Below, one piece after another: positions 48,202 through 59,459 of a DNA stretch of 64,000 nt. The first letter of the stretch is position 1, and the number at the start of each line of letters is the position of its first letter. The translations under genes were made by a program, and so were the position numbers. The DNA lies in contig JBDRWW010000002.1 of assembly GCA_039802605.1 (NCBI GenBank), forward strand, positions 128,001 to 192,000. Direction: 5' to 3'. The notes under the pieces are model-generated. The model ran no database searches. It saw only the letters and a program-made list of their open reading frames with translations, and had not been told where the DNA came from. Source of the DNA: a candidate division WOR-3 bacterium. Lineage in GTDB: Bacteria; Hydrothermota; Hydrothermia; LBFQ01.

Positions 48202-48781
48202 CCTTTCCCCTTATCTCCAAAGGTATCCCAGATTTACACAGAGGGCATTCCATTTCGGGATAAACCGGAAGGCTGAGTTCAAGGACATAGAAAAACGGAA
48301 TTTCAATTTCCATCGCTCCCCTTTTAACCATAACCCCCGCCACAACCGGATTGCCACCCTGTCTTAAAACCGCCTCGTATGTATCCCTTAAAGACTTTCC
48401 CGTTGTTAATACATCATCCACAACCGCAACCCTTTTACCGTAAAGGTCGTATCCCCTTTTTAAAACCCTTTTTTCCCCTTCTTTTTCCGCGTATGCGGCC
48501 ATTATACCCATAAAGGACGCCACATCGTAGGCGAGAATTGCCCCACCCGTAAAAGGACCCACAACCCACTCAACATCAAAAGCCGCAAACTCTTCGGCGA
48601 GTTTTTGAGAAAATTTTCTTAAAAGTACGGGGTTTTCCAAAATCCTAAACTTTTCAAAGTAATATTCGGAATGATATCCGGAGCTCAGGAGGAAGTGCCC
48701 CCTGTATAAAGCATTATTTAGAATAACTTCTTTATCTCTACCCTTAATACCGCCAGCGGCAAGCCCTCCACCTCTAAGCAT
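48191..48781 (-). CDS. pyrE: Orotate phosphoribosyltransferase (start uncertain)
   Basis: GHFLLSSG.HS, VVDDVLTTG, adjacent to pyrD. Confidence 0.9.
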   Translation of the reverse strand: MLRGGGLAAGGIKGRDKEVILNNALYRGHFLLSSGYHSEYYFEKFRILENPVLLRKFSQKLAEEFAAFDVEWVVGPFTGGAILAYDVASFMGIMAAYAEKEGEKRVLKRGYDLYGKRVAVVDDVLTTGKSLRDTYEAVLRQGGNPVVAGVMVKRGAMEIEIPFFYVLELSLPVYPEMECPLCKSGIPLEIRGKGGV

Positions 48782-49746
48782 ACCAGGTCTTCCCCTTTAA
48801 AAATGAAGTAATAATCCGGATTTCCGGGTATAAACAATTCTTCCCTTTGGAGGGATTTTAGGAGTTTCTTTATACTTTTTGCAGATTCTTGGGTTATACT
48901 TGCACCATCGGAGGAAATATAGTGTTCCCCTATCAATACCCCGACACCTTTTATACCTTTAACGGCTTTAACCATTTCTATTATCCCACTTGCCTTACTT
49001 TTAACATCTTCGGGAATTTCTTCTTCAACCTCAAAGGAACCCAGGAGGGACCAACTCTCCAAATCCACGGATTGTTGAGCCTGAGCCTCTTCCGAAGCGG
49101 ATACGGTTCTTAATAGCAAGGAATCAAGGGATTCGTAAATCGTCTGTTTATCGGTTTCCACACCCCTTTTAACCGAGAAGGAACCCCCTTCAAGGGACAA
49201 GATCCTTTCAAAGGCTTCAACCCCCGATATTTCCCTTATTTCCGCGTGTACAACCTTTCCGTCCTTTATCCATATCCTCCCCATACCCTCAACCGATGAT
49301 ACCTCAACCAAGGCCGTACCGCTTTCATAAGCCAGTAGTTGCAGGACATCCACGAGGGTTAATTCCTGCATTACACCCCTAAACCCCTTGGATGTAATAA
49401 CCTTCTTTAAAACCCCCATGAAGTAATCAAGGTCAAAGGGCTTTTCAACATAGGCATCCGCACCCATTGAAACCACTTCCCTTTCCATTTCGGGGGAACC
49501 CTTAGCCGTCATAATAACGGTTCTAAGGTCTTTTTTAGTGGATTTTATCTCCTGCAAGAATACGAGACCGCTTTCACCGGGCATTCTTACATCCGTAACC
49601 ACGACATCAACGGGCTGCGTATTCAAAATTTCCCTTGCCTCCTCCACGCTTCTCGCCGTTAAAACCTCCCAACCCCCCCTGCTTAAAATCACCGATAAGC
49701 CGTAAAGAATATCTTCCTCGTCATCAACTATTAAAACCCTTGGCAT
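48718..49746 (-). CDS. Response regulator: receiver + DUF4388 + possible roadblock-like domain
   Basis: LIVDDE, TDVRMP, EKPF; GFRG...LVDVLQL...GRIWIKDGKVVHA. Confidence 0.85.
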   Translation of the reverse strand: MPRVLIVDDEEDILYGLSVILSRGGWEVLTARSVEEAREILNTQPVDVVVTDVRMPGESGLVFLQEIKSTKKDLRTVIMTAKGSPEMEREVVSMGADAYVEKPFDLDYFMGVLKKVITSKGFRGVMQELTLVDVLQLLAYESGTALVEVSSVEGMGRIWIKDGKVVHAEIREISGVEAFERILSLEGGSFSVKRGVETDKQTIYESLDSLLLRTVSASEEAQAQQSVDLESWSLLGSFEVEEEIPEDVKSKASGIIEMVKAVKGIKGVGVLIGEHYISSDGASITQESAKSIKKLLKSLQREELFIPGNPDYYFIFKGEDLVCLEVEGLPLAVLRVEIKKLF

Positions 49747-49747
49747 T

Positions 49748-50803
49748 CTAAAACAGTTTAAAGTTCCTCTTTACAAACCCCACTCCAAACCTCAAATTCG
49801 CTTTAACATCCACATCTCCCGTTTTGTTAAACTCGTATATGTTCGTATCGTCCGCTATATCCAAGAATAGACCCTTGTAATTTATTCCTCCCCCAAATGT
49901 CCAACCTATACGGGCACCCCTTTTGTCGTAGAAGTATCCAACCCTGAAAGATACCAGGTCGTAAAACGTATAGTTTGCCCCTATGTGCATCCAAGCGTCC
50001 GCCAAAACGCTGTCTATACCCATTTCCCTAATATCCTTGGTTATATACACTAGAACCTTGTGAATGTCAAATGCTATTTGGAGTTTGTTTACGGTATCGT
50101 AAACGGGAACCACTGCAACCCCAAGCCTCGCGCTATAGGGCAAAGGATCCGGTGGGGAGTTTCCAAACCTTATTCCCGGGCCAAAATTCATAAGCCCAAA
50201 GGATATACTATATCCCGGCCATTTCCTCAAATACACGCTGCCATCAACGGCGTAAGCCCAAGCGGACCCGCTATTGGGGTCATCCCCCATCCTTATAAGT
50301 ATCTGTCTAGGTATTAAAAAAGAATAAAGCAGCTTTGCGGCACCTCCGGCATAAAGGTTTCCAAGGTTGGTTTTCAACAACTCCTTACCGTATCCAAGTG
50401 TAAAAACCATGTCAAAGGGGGTGGTTGTCCCATAATCTATACCGTCATAAACGAGATCAACCTCCCCAACCGTTAAATATGTGAAAGAAAAGGAAAAGGT
50501 TCCAAAGGAGGTTTTTGATGTTAAACTTGCAAATTCAAAGTAAGAATCCCCGGTTTGTACCAAGGTTCTCAACCAAGGGGCATGGACAAAATACAAAATA
50601 CCCCCTTGAAGGGCCCCCAAACCTGCGGGGTTATACCAAATCGTTGATGGGTCATCCGCGATAGCGGAAAAAGCCCCACCCATACCTATGGCCTTAGAAC
50701 CGGGGTAAATGGTCAAAACAACGGCCCCGGCGGCATTCGCATCCGCATAAACCCTCCCCACAAATCCGGCCAACAAACCAAAAGCCATTAAAGCCCTTTT
50801 CAT
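49748..50803 (-). CDS. PorV/FadL-like outer-membrane beta-barrel (T9SS shuttle-like)
   Basis: Signal peptide; [44 protein letters not shown]. Confidence 0.75.
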   Translation of the reverse strand: MKRALMAFGLLAGFVGRVYADANAAGAVVLTIYPGSKAIGMGGAFSAIADDPSTIWYNPAGLGALQGGILYFVHAPWLRTLVQTGDSYFEFASLTSKTSFGTFSFSFTYLTVGEVDLVYDGIDYGTTTPFDMVFTLGYGKELLKTNLGNLYAGGAAKLLYSFLIPRQILIRMGDDPNSGSAWAYAVDGSVYLRKWPGYSISFGLMNFGPGIRFGNSPPDPLPYSARLGVAVVPVYDTVNKLQIAFDIHKVLVYITKDIREMGIDSVLADAWMHIGANYTFYDLVSFRVGYFYDKRGARIGWTFGGGINYKGLFLDIADDTNIYEFNKTGDVDVKANLRFGVGFVKRNFKLF

Positions 50804-51345
50804 CCCTTTCTTTTCCTCAATTCTTTGGCCTGCAACTTTATCTTTTCCTGTAATTGCCTAATTCCGTCTATCAAAGCCTCGGGTGAAGGGGGGCATCCGG
50901 GGACATAAACATCAACCGGCACTATTTTATCAACACCGGGAACCACGCTATAAACATTCCTGTAATGGTCGCCGGATATAGCGCATGAGCCCATTGCTAT
51001 CACCCATTTTGGATAAGGCATCTGCTCGTACAACCTCCTTAGCCTTGGAGCCATCTTTATGGTTACCGTACCGGCGACTATCATTAGGTCCGCTTGCCTG
51101 GGGGTTGCCCTAGTAATGGTTCCAAACCTTTCAAGGTCAAACCTACCCATGTAGCTCGCTATCATTTCAATTGCGCAACACGCCAAACCAAATGTTAGCC
51201 CCCAAACGGAATTCGCCCTGGCCTGCGCCAATAGGTCTTCCAACAACCCAACGCTCGTTAAGAGTATTTCCCCACCCGGAAACCTTTCAAGGTGTAGGGC
51301 GATATCGTATAATGTTGAAGGTGGATATAAAGTTTGGTTTTTCAT
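50800..51345 (-). CDS. nuoB: NADH-quinone oxidoreductase subunit B
   Basis: [26 protein letters not shown]. Confidence 0.95.
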   Translation of the reverse strand: MKNQTLYPPSTLYDIALHLERFPGGEILLTSVGLLEDLLAQARANSVWGLTFGLACCAIEMIASYMGRFDLERFGTITRATPRQADLMIVAGTVTIKMAPRLRRLYEQMPYPKWVIAMGSCAISGDHYRNVYSVVPGVDKIVPVDVYVPGCPPSPEALIDGIRQLQEKIKLQAKELRKRKG

Positions 51346-51436
51346 CGGGTTAAATATTATAAGGTTGAAAAAGGTTAAGGGTTTTACGGCCGTTTGTTTT
51401 AAGGAGCATTTTTTTCAGCGGTATAATACCCCCCTT

Positions 51437-52624
51437 ATGAACAAGTTGTGTATAACGGATGAACCGGAATATTTTAAGGACAAAAGGGTAATCCTTAGGG
51501 TTGATTACAATGTCGTAAAGGATGGCAAAATAGAGGATACCTTCCGCATAGATTCAACGCTGGAAACCATAAAGAAACTCTTGGAATATGGGGCAAAGGG
51601 TATTATACTCCTATCCCATAGCGGTCGCCCCAAAGGTAAGGATGAGAGTCTATCATTAAAACCCGTTGCGGGTTATTTGAAGGATAAGTTGGGATTTGAG
51701 GTTTATTTCCACGATGATGTGGAAAAGGAAATTCCGGAAGGTCATAGGGTTGTTTTAGTTGAAAATTTGAGGTTTTGGGAAGGGGAAGGGAAAAACGATA
51801 AGAAATTTGCGGAAAAACTCGCAAGGTTCGGCGATGTTTATGTAAACGATGCCTTTGCCGTATCCCATAGGGAAAACGCATCCGTAAGCGCGATTGCGGA
51901 ATTCTTTGAAAAGAGGTTTGCGGGCATGCTGATGAAGAAGGAGTTGGAAAACCTTACAAAGGTTAGAGAAAACCCCGAAAAACCCTTTTATGTCCTCTTC
52001 GGAGGCGCAAAGGTAAGCGATAAAATTCCGATCCTTGAAAAGTTGGTGGATAAGTCCGACAAGATACTCATAGGGGGTGCCATGGCATATACATTTTTAA
52101 AGGCTAAGGGAGAAAGTGTAGGTAAATCCAGGGTTGAGGAGGAACAAATGGAATGGGCTAAAAACTTCATAAGCAATAACGGTAATAAGGTTGAACTCCC
52201 GATAGACCATGTGGCTTTAAAGGGGGAAAAGGAGTGTAAAGATGTTAAGGAAGAAGAGGTTGAGGAGGTAAAGGATTTGGGCTCGGATTATGTGGGTTAT
52301 GACATAGGTTTTGAAACGGTTAAAAGGTATAGGGATATCTTAAAAGGTGCAAAGATGATATTCTGGAACGGCCCTATGGGTATGTACGAATGCGAACCCT
52401 TTGAGTGTGGGACAAAACTCTTGGCGGTATTCCTGAGTTGTCTAAAGGATGAAGGTATAAAGGTTATAGTTGGTGGTGGCGATACGGTGGCGGCCATACG
52501 CAAGTTTGACATACCCATCGAAGACTTTGAGTTTGTTTCAACGGGTGGAGGCGCAACTTTGGAGTTCTTAGCGGGTAAGGATTTGCCCGGAATTAAAATA
52601 TTAACCGATAAACAAGGGGGTTAA
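51437..52624 (+). CDS. pgk: Phosphoglycerate kinase
   Basis: RVDYNV, SHSGRPKG, NDAF..SHR, GGAKVSDK, WNGPMG, STGGGA; ATG 51437 follows TATAAT. Confidence 0.96.
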   Translation: MNKLCITDEPEYFKDKRVILRVDYNVVKDGKIEDTFRIDSTLETIKKLLEYGAKGIILLSHSGRPKGKDESLSLKPVAGYLKDKLGFEVYFHDDVEKEIPEGHRVVLVENLRFWEGEGKNDKKFAEKLARFGDVYVNDAFAVSHRENASVSAIAEFFEKRFAGMLMKKELENLTKVRENPEKPFYVLFGGAKVSDKIPILEKLVDKSDKILIGGAMAYTFLKAKGESVGKSRVEEEQMEWAKNFISNNGNKVELPIDHVALKGEKECKDVKEEEVEEVKDLGSDYVGYDIGFETVKRYRDILKGAKMIFWNGPMGMYECEPFECGTKLLAVFLSCLKDEGIKVIVGGGDTVAAIRKFDIPIEDFEFVSTGGGATLEFLAGKDLPGIKILTDKQGG

Positions 52625-52626
52625 AG

Positions 52627-53442
52627 GTGAGGGTTTTTAACAAGGTTTTGGCAGCAGTTGACGGCTCCGATATAACGGAATATGTTAAAAGTTGGAGTGA
52701 AGGTTTGGGAGAGGGTATGAATTCGTTGGTGGATTACATAACGGTGTTTCAAGTAGTACCGGATATATACATGCCCTTGGTGGGGTGGAATAAAGAGCTG
52801 GAAAACAACCTAAACCTCTCAAAAAAGGAAATGTTCTCCCATCTCGGCGATATGCTTAGGAAAAACGGGTACAACTTTCACGAGTTGGAGGGGAAACCGG
52901 ATAAGGTTATAGTGGATTTCGCCAAAAAAGGGAATTATAACCTTATCATCCTCGGATTTAAGGGTGGTGGTAAGAGTAGGATTCCAATAGGTAGCACGGC
53001 ACTTAATGTGACAAAGGATAGCCACACGAATGTTTTACTCGTAAACGGAAGGTTTAAAGGTTTAAAATCCATAGGATTTGCCGAAAGCCTTGAGGGCAAA
53101 AATAAAACGCCCCTTTTAATGGTTTTCGCCCTAGCAAAGATCTTTGGTGCAAAGGTTTATAGGGTTCATGTAATAGACGAACACTTCGTTGAACACTCCC
53201 CCGACGACCTCTTACAGGAATTAAGGTTTGAGATAGGCCTTGAACTCCAAAAGGCGGTTCCGGGTGTTAATGTAAAACCCGTAATATTGGAGGGAGACCC
53301 TTCCTTTGAATTATATTATTGGGCGGCAAAAAACAACATAGACCTTATGGTTTTCCCCGAACCTCCCGGAGAGTTGGGCCTTATAACCGAGGAGTTTTTA
53401 ATGCAAACCCCAACAAATGTACTGATTTGCCGTGGATTATAA
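52627..53442 (+). CDS. Tandem-domain universal stress protein
   Basis: VLAAVDGS, GKP..VI, IILG..G, GSTA. Confidence 0.85.
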   Translation: MRVFNKVLAAVDGSDITEYVKSWSEGLGEGMNSLVDYITVFQVVPDIYMPLVGWNKELENNLNLSKKEMFSHLGDMLRKNGYNFHELEGKPDKVIVDFAKKGNYNLIILGFKGGGKSRIPIGSTALNVTKDSHTNVLLVNGRFKGLKSIGFAESLEGKNKTPLLMVFALAKIFGAKVYRVHVIDEHFVEHSPDDLLQELRFEIGLELQKAVPGVNVKPVILEGDPSFELYYWAAKNNIDLMVFPEPPGELGLITEEFLMQTPTNVLICRGL

Positions 53443-54086
53443 CATTTATCGGTGATATAAGGGGTTTTTATCCATCCGGAAATCCGGAGTACGTTTTCCC
53501 TTCAAAGTTTTCGGATGTTTTAACATTTAAAGGGGGAGGAAGTAGGGTTTTCGGGGAATTGTATGAGGGTTTTCTCGGATGGGGGTATATGGGGGTTGGG
53601 GGAGGTTTTAGGTTTTTTGGAACATTGGATGGGGTGTTTCGTGATAATTCCATATATGTTGGCGGCAAATATAAAGGTTTTGGAATATCCGCCATATACG
53701 GTTGGGTATCAATTGGAGATTATTACGAAAACGCCTTAGGGGCAATGTTATCGGCGGGTAATAGGGGGGAAGTTTTGGATGTTTGGATAAGCGCGGGGTA
53801 TTTATATACCCCAATAATAGCCTTTGAGGGGTATTTTAAGGGAAACTTTGCCACACTCTTTATAAACTCCTTTGCGAGACCCGGAATATATGAGGTCTTT
53901 ACGGTTGGGGTGATCCTTGATTTTGGGGATATTGATGTTGGAGGGGTTTATAGAAACCTGGGAAATACCTTTGGTATAACGGTTTCGCATAATATCCCCT
54001 TAGGGTTTATGAACATATCGGTGCTAAACCACGAGGATTTGGGAGAGGTTATATCCTTTCAAAATGCATTTGTTTTTCCGAGATGA
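53427..54086 (+). CDS. Hypothetical beta-strand-rich (outer-membrane-like) protein; start uncertain
   Basis: Alternating Gly/aromatic strands; likely TTG start overlapping usp end. Confidence 0.5.
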   Translation: MPWIITFIGDIRGFYPSGNPEYVFPSKFSDVLTFKGGGSRVFGELYEGFLGWGYMGVGGGFRFFGTLDGVFRDNSIYVGGKYKGFGISAIYGWVSIGDYYENALGAMLSAGNRGEVLDVWISAGYLYTPIIAFEGYFKGNFATLFINSFARPGIYEVFTVGVILDFGDIDVGGVYRNLGNTFGITVSHNIPLGFMNISVLNHEDLGEVISFQNAFVFPR

Positions 54087-54271
54087 GGTTTTTTAGTTTG
54101 TTTATGGCAAAGTTTGCCCAGGCGAGTGGAATGGGTTGGATGTTCCTCGGATTATATGCGGGTATAGTTAGGGGAAGTTTGAAATGGGAATGGATATTGT
54201 TCTTTGTGGGTTTAATACTCTTTGGATTGGGCTATGCCCTTGAAAGGGTTTTGATGAAAACCCAACGATAA
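54083..54271 (+). CDS. Small 2-TM membrane protein
   Basis: 62 aa hydrophobic, ATGA overlap. Confidence 0.55.
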   Translation: MRFFSLFMAKFAQASGMGWMFLGLYAGIVRGSLKWEWILFFVGLILFGLGYALERVLMKTQR

Positions 54272-54299
54272 AAACTTTTCAACGGTAGAATGGCGGGTT

Positions 54300-55493
54300 A
54301 TGGCCGGAGAAAAGATAAAGGTAATTGATGGGAAGCTTGTTGTGCCGAATAACCCGATAATACCGTACATAGAAGGTGATGGTACCGGTCCCGAAATAAT
54401 GGCCTCGGTAAGGGCGGTTTTGGACGCGGCCGTTGAAAAGGCCTATAAGGGGGAGAGGAAGATTTACTGGAAGGAGGTTTTGGCTGGCGAAAAGGCCTTA
54501 GAAGAAACCGGAGAACTTCTACCCGAGGAAACAATAGAGGCTATAAAGGAGCATTATGTCGCCATAAAGGGGCCTCTAACCACACCCGTGGGAGGGGGAT
54601 ATAGGAGCTTGAATGTGACATTAAGGCAGGTTTTAGATCTCTACGCAAATATAAGGCCTTCGCGGTACTTTCCCGGAGTTCCGAGTCCCCTAAGGTATCC
54701 CGAGAAGGTTAATATGGTGGTTTTTAGGGAGAATACGGAGGATGTATATATGGGAATAGAATGGCCTATGGGTTCCGAGGAATGCAATAGGGTTAGGAAA
54801 TTCCTGGTAGAAGAAATGGGTGCGGATATACCCGAGGACGCCGGAATAGGTATAAAACCCATATCAAAGTTTAGAAGCCAAAGGCTTGTCAGAAAGGCGA
54901 TAGAGTACGCCTTGAAAAAAGGTTATCACACTCTAACCCTTATGCACAAGGGGAACATAATGAAATACACGGAAGGGGCTTTTAGGGATTGGGGTTATGA
55001 ACTTTTGAGGGAGGAGTATTCCGATAAGGTCGTCTTTGAAGGGGAAGGTGATAGGGTTGAGGGAAAGGTTTTTGTAAACGACAGGATAGCGGATAATATG
55101 TTCCAACAAATACTCCTAAGACCCGACGAATACGGTGTTATAGCAACTACCAACCTTAACGGCGATTATATATCGGATGCCCTTGCGGCTTTGGTGGGTG
55201 GTTTGGGTTTGGCGGCCGGGGCGAATGTGGGGGATTATCACGCCCTATTTGAACCCGTTCACGGAACGGCACCAAAGTATGCGGGAAAGAATGTTATAAA
55301 TCCAACGGCTGGAATACTTTCCGGTGTTTTGATGCTTGAATATTTGGGTTGGATGGAAGCGGCCAAACTCATAGAAGATGCCATTGTCAGGACCTTTGAG
55401 CAGAAAAAGGTTACCTATGACCTCGCAAGGCATATGGGAGTAGAACCACTTTCCACCACGGATTACACGCAAGCCCTAATAGACAACTTATAA
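54300..55493 (+). CDS. icd: Isocitrate dehydrogenase (NADP)
   Basis: [48 protein letters not shown]. Confidence 0.96.
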   Translation: MAGEKIKVIDGKLVVPNNPIIPYIEGDGTGPEIMASVRAVLDAAVEKAYKGERKIYWKEVLAGEKALEETGELLPEETIEAIKEHYVAIKGPLTTPVGGGYRSLNVTLRQVLDLYANIRPSRYFPGVPSPLRYPEKVNMVVFRENTEDVYMGIEWPMGSEECNRVRKFLVEEMGADIPEDAGIGIKPISKFRSQRLVRKAIEYALKKGYHTLTLMHKGNIMKYTEGAFRDWGYELLREEYSDKVVFEGEGDRVEGKVFVNDRIADNMFQQILLRPDEYGVIATTNLNGDYISDALAALVGGLGLAAGANVGDYHALFEPVHGTAPKYAGKNVINPTAGILSGVLMLEYLGWMEAAKLIEDAIVRTFEQKKVTYDLARHMGVEPLSTTDYTQALIDNL

Positions 55494-55904
55494 GTGTTTA
55501 GAAAGGTTGTAGTTTATTTTGATGGTTCTCCCAGGGGGAAAAGGGTTGTAAAGACGGCAATAGTTTTGTGTTATCACTTGGGAAGCGAACTCTTTATAGT
55601 TTCGGCCGTTAACCCCATTGACGAATTGGATCTAAGTTTTGGGGAGTTTGAACAGGAGGTTGAAAGGGGAATATACTCCTTGGTAGAGGATGCCCAGGAG
55701 GTTAATGTAAAAACCGAAGTCAGGTTGCTCTTTGGCTCCCCCGAGGATGTCCTCATTAAGGTCATTGATGCGGAAAGGCCGGATCTCGTGGTCCTCCCGT
55801 TAATTCAATTGGGTGGAGGCTTTTTCGGAAGGGGAGAAACCCTACACTCCAAAATATTAAACCTATACGCAGATAGGGGTTTGGCCGTTATGGTAATACC
55901 CTAA
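55494..55904 (+). CDS. Universal stress protein (single domain)
   Basis: VVVYFDGS, GSPEDVL, DLVVL. Confidence 0.75.
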   Translation: MFRKVVVYFDGSPRGKRVVKTAIVLCYHLGSELFIVSAVNPIDELDLSFGEFEQEVERGIYSLVEDAQEVNVKTEVRLLFGSPEDVLIKVIDAERPDLVVLPLIQLGGGFFGRGETLHSKILNLYADRGLAVMVIP

Positions 55905-55928
55905 TTTCAGTAGTATAATACCCGCCTT

Positions 55929-56306
55929 ATGTCGGAAAAGGAAATACTTGACCTATGGATAGATATAACGGGCTTTGAAGAGGATTGGAGAACTTTGATT
56001 GAGGAGATTATAGACGATTTACACTCTTTGGCAAAGGAACCTACAGGCGAAGAGGAGGAGGAAGAGAATGTTGAGGATGTTTTGTTAAGGGTTGAAACGC
56101 CGGAAACCCTTATACAAAGCCTATACGATTTACTTGAAGACCTTGAAGATAAGATTGAAGAGGCCAAAAGCGGAAGGCTAACGGAACAGGAGTTATCGTA
56201 TGTTTTCAGAAAGGCCGGGGAATATATAGAGAGGGCGAGGGAACTGGTGAATTCATGGATTTACGAGGAGGCGGAGGAAGAACCGGAGGAAGAGGAGGAA
56301 GAATAG
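55929..56306 (+). CDS. Highly acidic helical hypothetical protein
   Basis: Very Glu/Asp rich; TATAAT 9 nt upstream; abuts glyQ. Confidence 0.65.
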   Translation: MSEKEILDLWIDITGFEEDWRTLIEEIIDDLHSLAKEPTGEEEEEENVEDVLLRVETPETLIQSLYDLLEDLEDKIEEAKSGRLTEQELSYVFRKAGEYIERARELVNSWIYEEAEEEPEEEEEE

Positions 56307-57155
56307 TTGAACTTTCAGGATATAATCCTTAAGCTCCACGAATTTTGGAAATCACAGGGGTGTGTGATACTTCAACCGTATAACTCCGAAGTTGGGGCTG
56401 GGACATTCAATCCGGCAACATTTTTGAGGTCATTGGGTCCAAAACCTTGGAGGGCCGCCTATGTTGAACCCACAAGGAGGCCAAAGGATGGAAGGTATGC
56501 GGAAAACCCCAACAGATTACAGCAATACCACCAATATCAGGTGATTTTAAAACCTCCACCCGACGATGTGGTTGAAATCTACATAAAATCTTTGGAATAC
56601 ATAGGGATAGATGTTTCGGAACACGATTTAAGATTCGTTGAGGACGATTGGGAAAGCCCTACTCTCGGGGCTTGGGGTCTGGGTTGGGAGGTATGGCTTG
56701 ACGGTCTTGAAATAACGCAATTTACATATTTCCAACAGGTTGGCGGTGTTGATGTTGATATAGTTAGCGCCGAAATAACATACGGTTTGGAAAGGATAGC
56801 GATGTTTGTTCAGGGGGTTGATAATGTCTTTGATATAAAATTTAACGATGGAATAAAGTGGGGGGATATTTATAGGGAATTTGAGAGGCAGTTTTGCCAT
56901 TTTAACTTTGAGGAGGCGGATATAGAGGAATACCGTAAAATGTTTGATTTCTTTGAGAAAGAGGCCCACAAACTCGCGGAGAAGGGTCTGTTGTATCCCG
57001 CCTATGATATGGTTATAAAGATGTCGCATGTGTTTAACCTTTTGGATGCCAGGAGGGCAATATCACCGGAGGAAAGGCAAAACTTTATACTGAGGGTTAG
57101 GAGGGCGGCTAACAAATGCGCCAAATTGGTGGTTGAGGATAAGGTTAGTTTATAA
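56307..57155 (+). CDS. glyQ: Glycine-tRNA ligase alpha subunit
   Basis: [42 protein letters not shown]. Confidence 0.97.
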   Translation: MNFQDIILKLHEFWKSQGCVILQPYNSEVGAGTFNPATFLRSLGPKPWRAAYVEPTRRPKDGRYAENPNRLQQYHQYQVILKPPPDDVVEIYIKSLEYIGIDVSEHDLRFVEDDWESPTLGAWGLGWEVWLDGLEITQFTYFQQVGGVDVDIVSAEITYGLERIAMFVQGVDNVFDIKFNDGIKWGDIYREFERQFCHFNFEEADIEEYRKMFDFFEKEAHKLAEKGLLYPAYDMVIKMSHVFNLLDARRAISPEERQNFILRVRRAANKCAKLVVEDKVSL

Positions 57156-58521
57156 TGTGTATAGCCCTTTTATGAACATTTCCCGCCGCTTCCATTAGTA
57201 TTTCCGAAATTGTTGGGTGTGGATGGATGGTTAAGTCTATATCCTCTGCGCTTGCCATAACCTCCAATGCCAATGTAGCCTCCGCTATCAACGATGATGC
57301 CTCCGGCGCTATTATATGAACCCCAAGGATTTCGTCCGTATCCGCATCAACCACGACTTTTGCCAACCCATCAACACCCCCCATGGTTAAAGCCCTCCCG
57401 GATGCGCTTAACGGAAACCTCCCAACCTTCACATTATAACCCAACTCCTTGGCCTGCTCCTCACCGAATCCCACGCTTGCAAATTCCGGATAGGTGTATA
57501 TAACCGATGGTATCCCCCTCCAAGACGCCCTTGAATACAACCCCGCTATGTTTTCAACCGCGACTATCCCCTCTTTTGAAGCCTTATGCGCCAAGAGGGG
57601 TGGCCCGGATACATCCCCAATGGCGTATATACCCTTTACATTCGTTTCCATCCTATCGTCCGTTTTTATAAACCCTTTTTCGTCCATATTTATCCCCAAG
57701 TGCTTAAACCCTTCGGAATTGGGAATCCTACCTATGGCCACAAGGATTTTATCAAACCTTTCCCTATACTCCTTACCCTCGGATACGAAAACGGCCGTTC
57801 CGTCCTCCGAAACATCCTTTAAAGTTGCCCTTAGATAAAACTCCAAACCCCCTTTTTTAAGAACCCTTTGATAATACCTTGCCATTTCCCCATCCATTCC
57901 CGGAACTATCTGATCCGCTATATCTATAACCACCACCCTTTTAGAGCCCACCATTTTGTAAAACTGGGCAAACTCCAAACCCACGGCACCCGCGCCCACT
58001 ACCAAAAGGCTTTCCGGGATTTCCGGGAAGGAAACCGCATGGTCGCTGTTCCAAATGAGTTTCCCATCCGCCTCAAAACCTTTTAATTCCCTAATCCTTG
58101 AACCCGTTGCTATTATTATATTTTTCGTTTCAAGGGTCTCAACCCCTTTATTGGTTTTAACCTTCACCTCATTTGGCCTTTCAACAAAACCCTCACCGTA
58201 AAATATTTCAACCTTTTGGTTTTTCAACAAAAACTCCACCCCTTTAACCAACTTATCCACAACCCCTTCCTTCCACTTGTTCGTTTTCGCAATATCCAAT
58301 TCCAAACTCCCCTTTATCCCGTATTTTTCCCCGTTTTTTGCCTCGTGGTAAATATGAGAAGCGTGTAGTAAGGCCTTTGTGGGTATGCAACCAACATTTA
58401 AGCAAACACCCCCGAGCTTCCACCTTTCAACTATTGCGACTTTTAACCCCAACTGCGCCGCCCTTATGGCCGCAACATAACCCCCTGGTCCAGAACCTAT
58501 TATCACGACATCGTATTTCAT
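57145..58521 (-). CDS. lpdA: Dihydrolipoyl dehydrogenase
   Basis: [31 protein letters not shown]. Confidence 0.96.
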   Translation of the reverse strand: MKYDVVIIGSGPGGYVAAIRAAQLGLKVAIVERWKLGGVCLNVGCIPTKALLHASHIYHEAKNGEKYGIKGSLELDIAKTNKWKEGVVDKLVKGVEFLLKNQKVEIFYGEGFVERPNEVKVKTNKGVETLETKNIIIATGSRIRELKGFEADGKLIWNSDHAVSFPEIPESLLVVGAGAVGLEFAQFYKMVGSKRVVVIDIADQIVPGMDGEMARYYQRVLKKGGLEFYLRATLKDVSEDGTAVFVSEGKEYRERFDKILVAIGRIPNSEGFKHLGINMDEKGFIKTDDRMETNVKGIYAIGDVSGPPLLAHKASKEGIVAVENIAGLYSRASWRGIPSVIYTYPEFASVGFGEEQAKELGYNVKVGRFPLSASGRALTMGGVDGLAKVVVDADTDEILGVHIIAPEASSLIAEATLALEVMASAEDIDLTIHPHPTISEILMEAAGNVHKRAIHIIN

Positions 58522-58529
58522 AGGTGGGT

Positions 58530-58554
58530 ATTATAAACAGGACCCCTTTATAAT
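58530..58554. promoter_or_regulatory. Back-to-back -10 boxes
   Basis: Minus-strand TATAAT 58530-35 (8 nt before lpdA ATG); plus-strand TATAAT 58549-54 (8 nt before ATG 58563). Confidence 0.65.
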
Positions 58555-58562
58555 ACCCGTTT

Positions 58563-58751
58563 ATGAGCACAAAAACCCGGGATAAAAAAATTGAGGGGAT
58601 ATACGACCTCGTTGATTACGCCAAAAAGAGCAGAAAATACACAAGGCCCACCCGTAGGGGTATGGTTTATCAGTTGGAATTCATTGCCCTTTTGAAGGGA
58701 TACTTTGAAGACTATTTATGGGAGACTTTCTTCAAGGAGTTTTTTGAATAG
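58563..58751 (+). CDS. Small hypothetical protein (62 aa)
   Basis: Preceded by TATAATACCCGTTTATG, like bona fide genes; 3' end overlaps folD. Confidence 0.5.
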   Translation: MSTKTRDKKIEGIYDLVDYAKKSRKYTRPTRRGMVYQLEFIALLKGYFEDYLWETFFKEFFE

Positions 58752-59456
58752 GTTTTCAAACAAAACCAATGTTGTTATCCTACCAACACCACCCGGAACG
58801 GGAGTTATAGCCTTAACATAATCCTTTAACTCATCAAATTTCGCATCACCCACGAGCTTCCCGTCCTTAAAAACCGTTGATATATCAACGACTATGGAAT
58901 TTTCCGTAAAATATTCCCTTCCAAAGTATTCCCCTATACCCGCGGATAAAAATACATAATCGCTAAGCCTTGTAAATTCTTTAACATCCGGGGTTTTTGT
59001 ATGTGTAATTATCGGAGTGCCGTTTTTTAAGAGTATCAACATAGCCAAAGGCTTACCAACCCTAACACTCCTACCTATAATTGTGCAAACCTTCCCCTCA
59101 ACCTCAAAACCGTAAAACTCCAATATTTTTATGGCGGCGTAAGGTGTGGGTGGCAAAAACTTTGGCTTTCCATAAGAAAGTAAGCCTAGGTGGTAAGGGG
59201 ATATACCTTCAATATCCAAATCCGGAAGTATATCAACGCTTTCTTTCCCCAAGTTTATTACGCCATCCGCGTCCCCATCGTAAACGATTTCAACATCCAG
59301 ATTTTTGGCAACCCTTTTAATAGACCGTTCATAAGCCCTTGAATCCTCGGATTCATCCGTTATAACCTTTAAAACCGGTCTCTTTTTTATTCTCTCCCTA
59401 AGGGTTAAAAGTTCACGTAAATACTCATTTTCAACGGTTTTTCCTTCCAAAACCAT
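58716..59456 (-). CDS. folD: Methylenetetrahydrofolate dehydrogenase/cyclohydrolase (short)
   Basis: DIEG, PPTP, IIGRS..VGKP, LVGD, ITPVPGGVG. Confidence 0.85.
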   Translation of the reverse strand: MVLEGKTVENEYLRELLTLRERIKKRPVLKVITDESEDSRAYERSIKRVAKNLDVEIVYDGDADGVINLGKESVDILPDLDIEGISPYHLGLLSYGKPKFLPPTPYAAIKILEFYGFEVEGKVCTIIGRSVRVGKPLAMLILLKNGTPIITHTKTPDVKEFTRLSDYVFLSAGIGEYFGREYFTENSIVVDISTVFKDGKLVGDAKFDELKDYVKAITPVPGGVGRITTLVLFENLFKKLLEESLP

Positions 59457-59459
59457 GTT

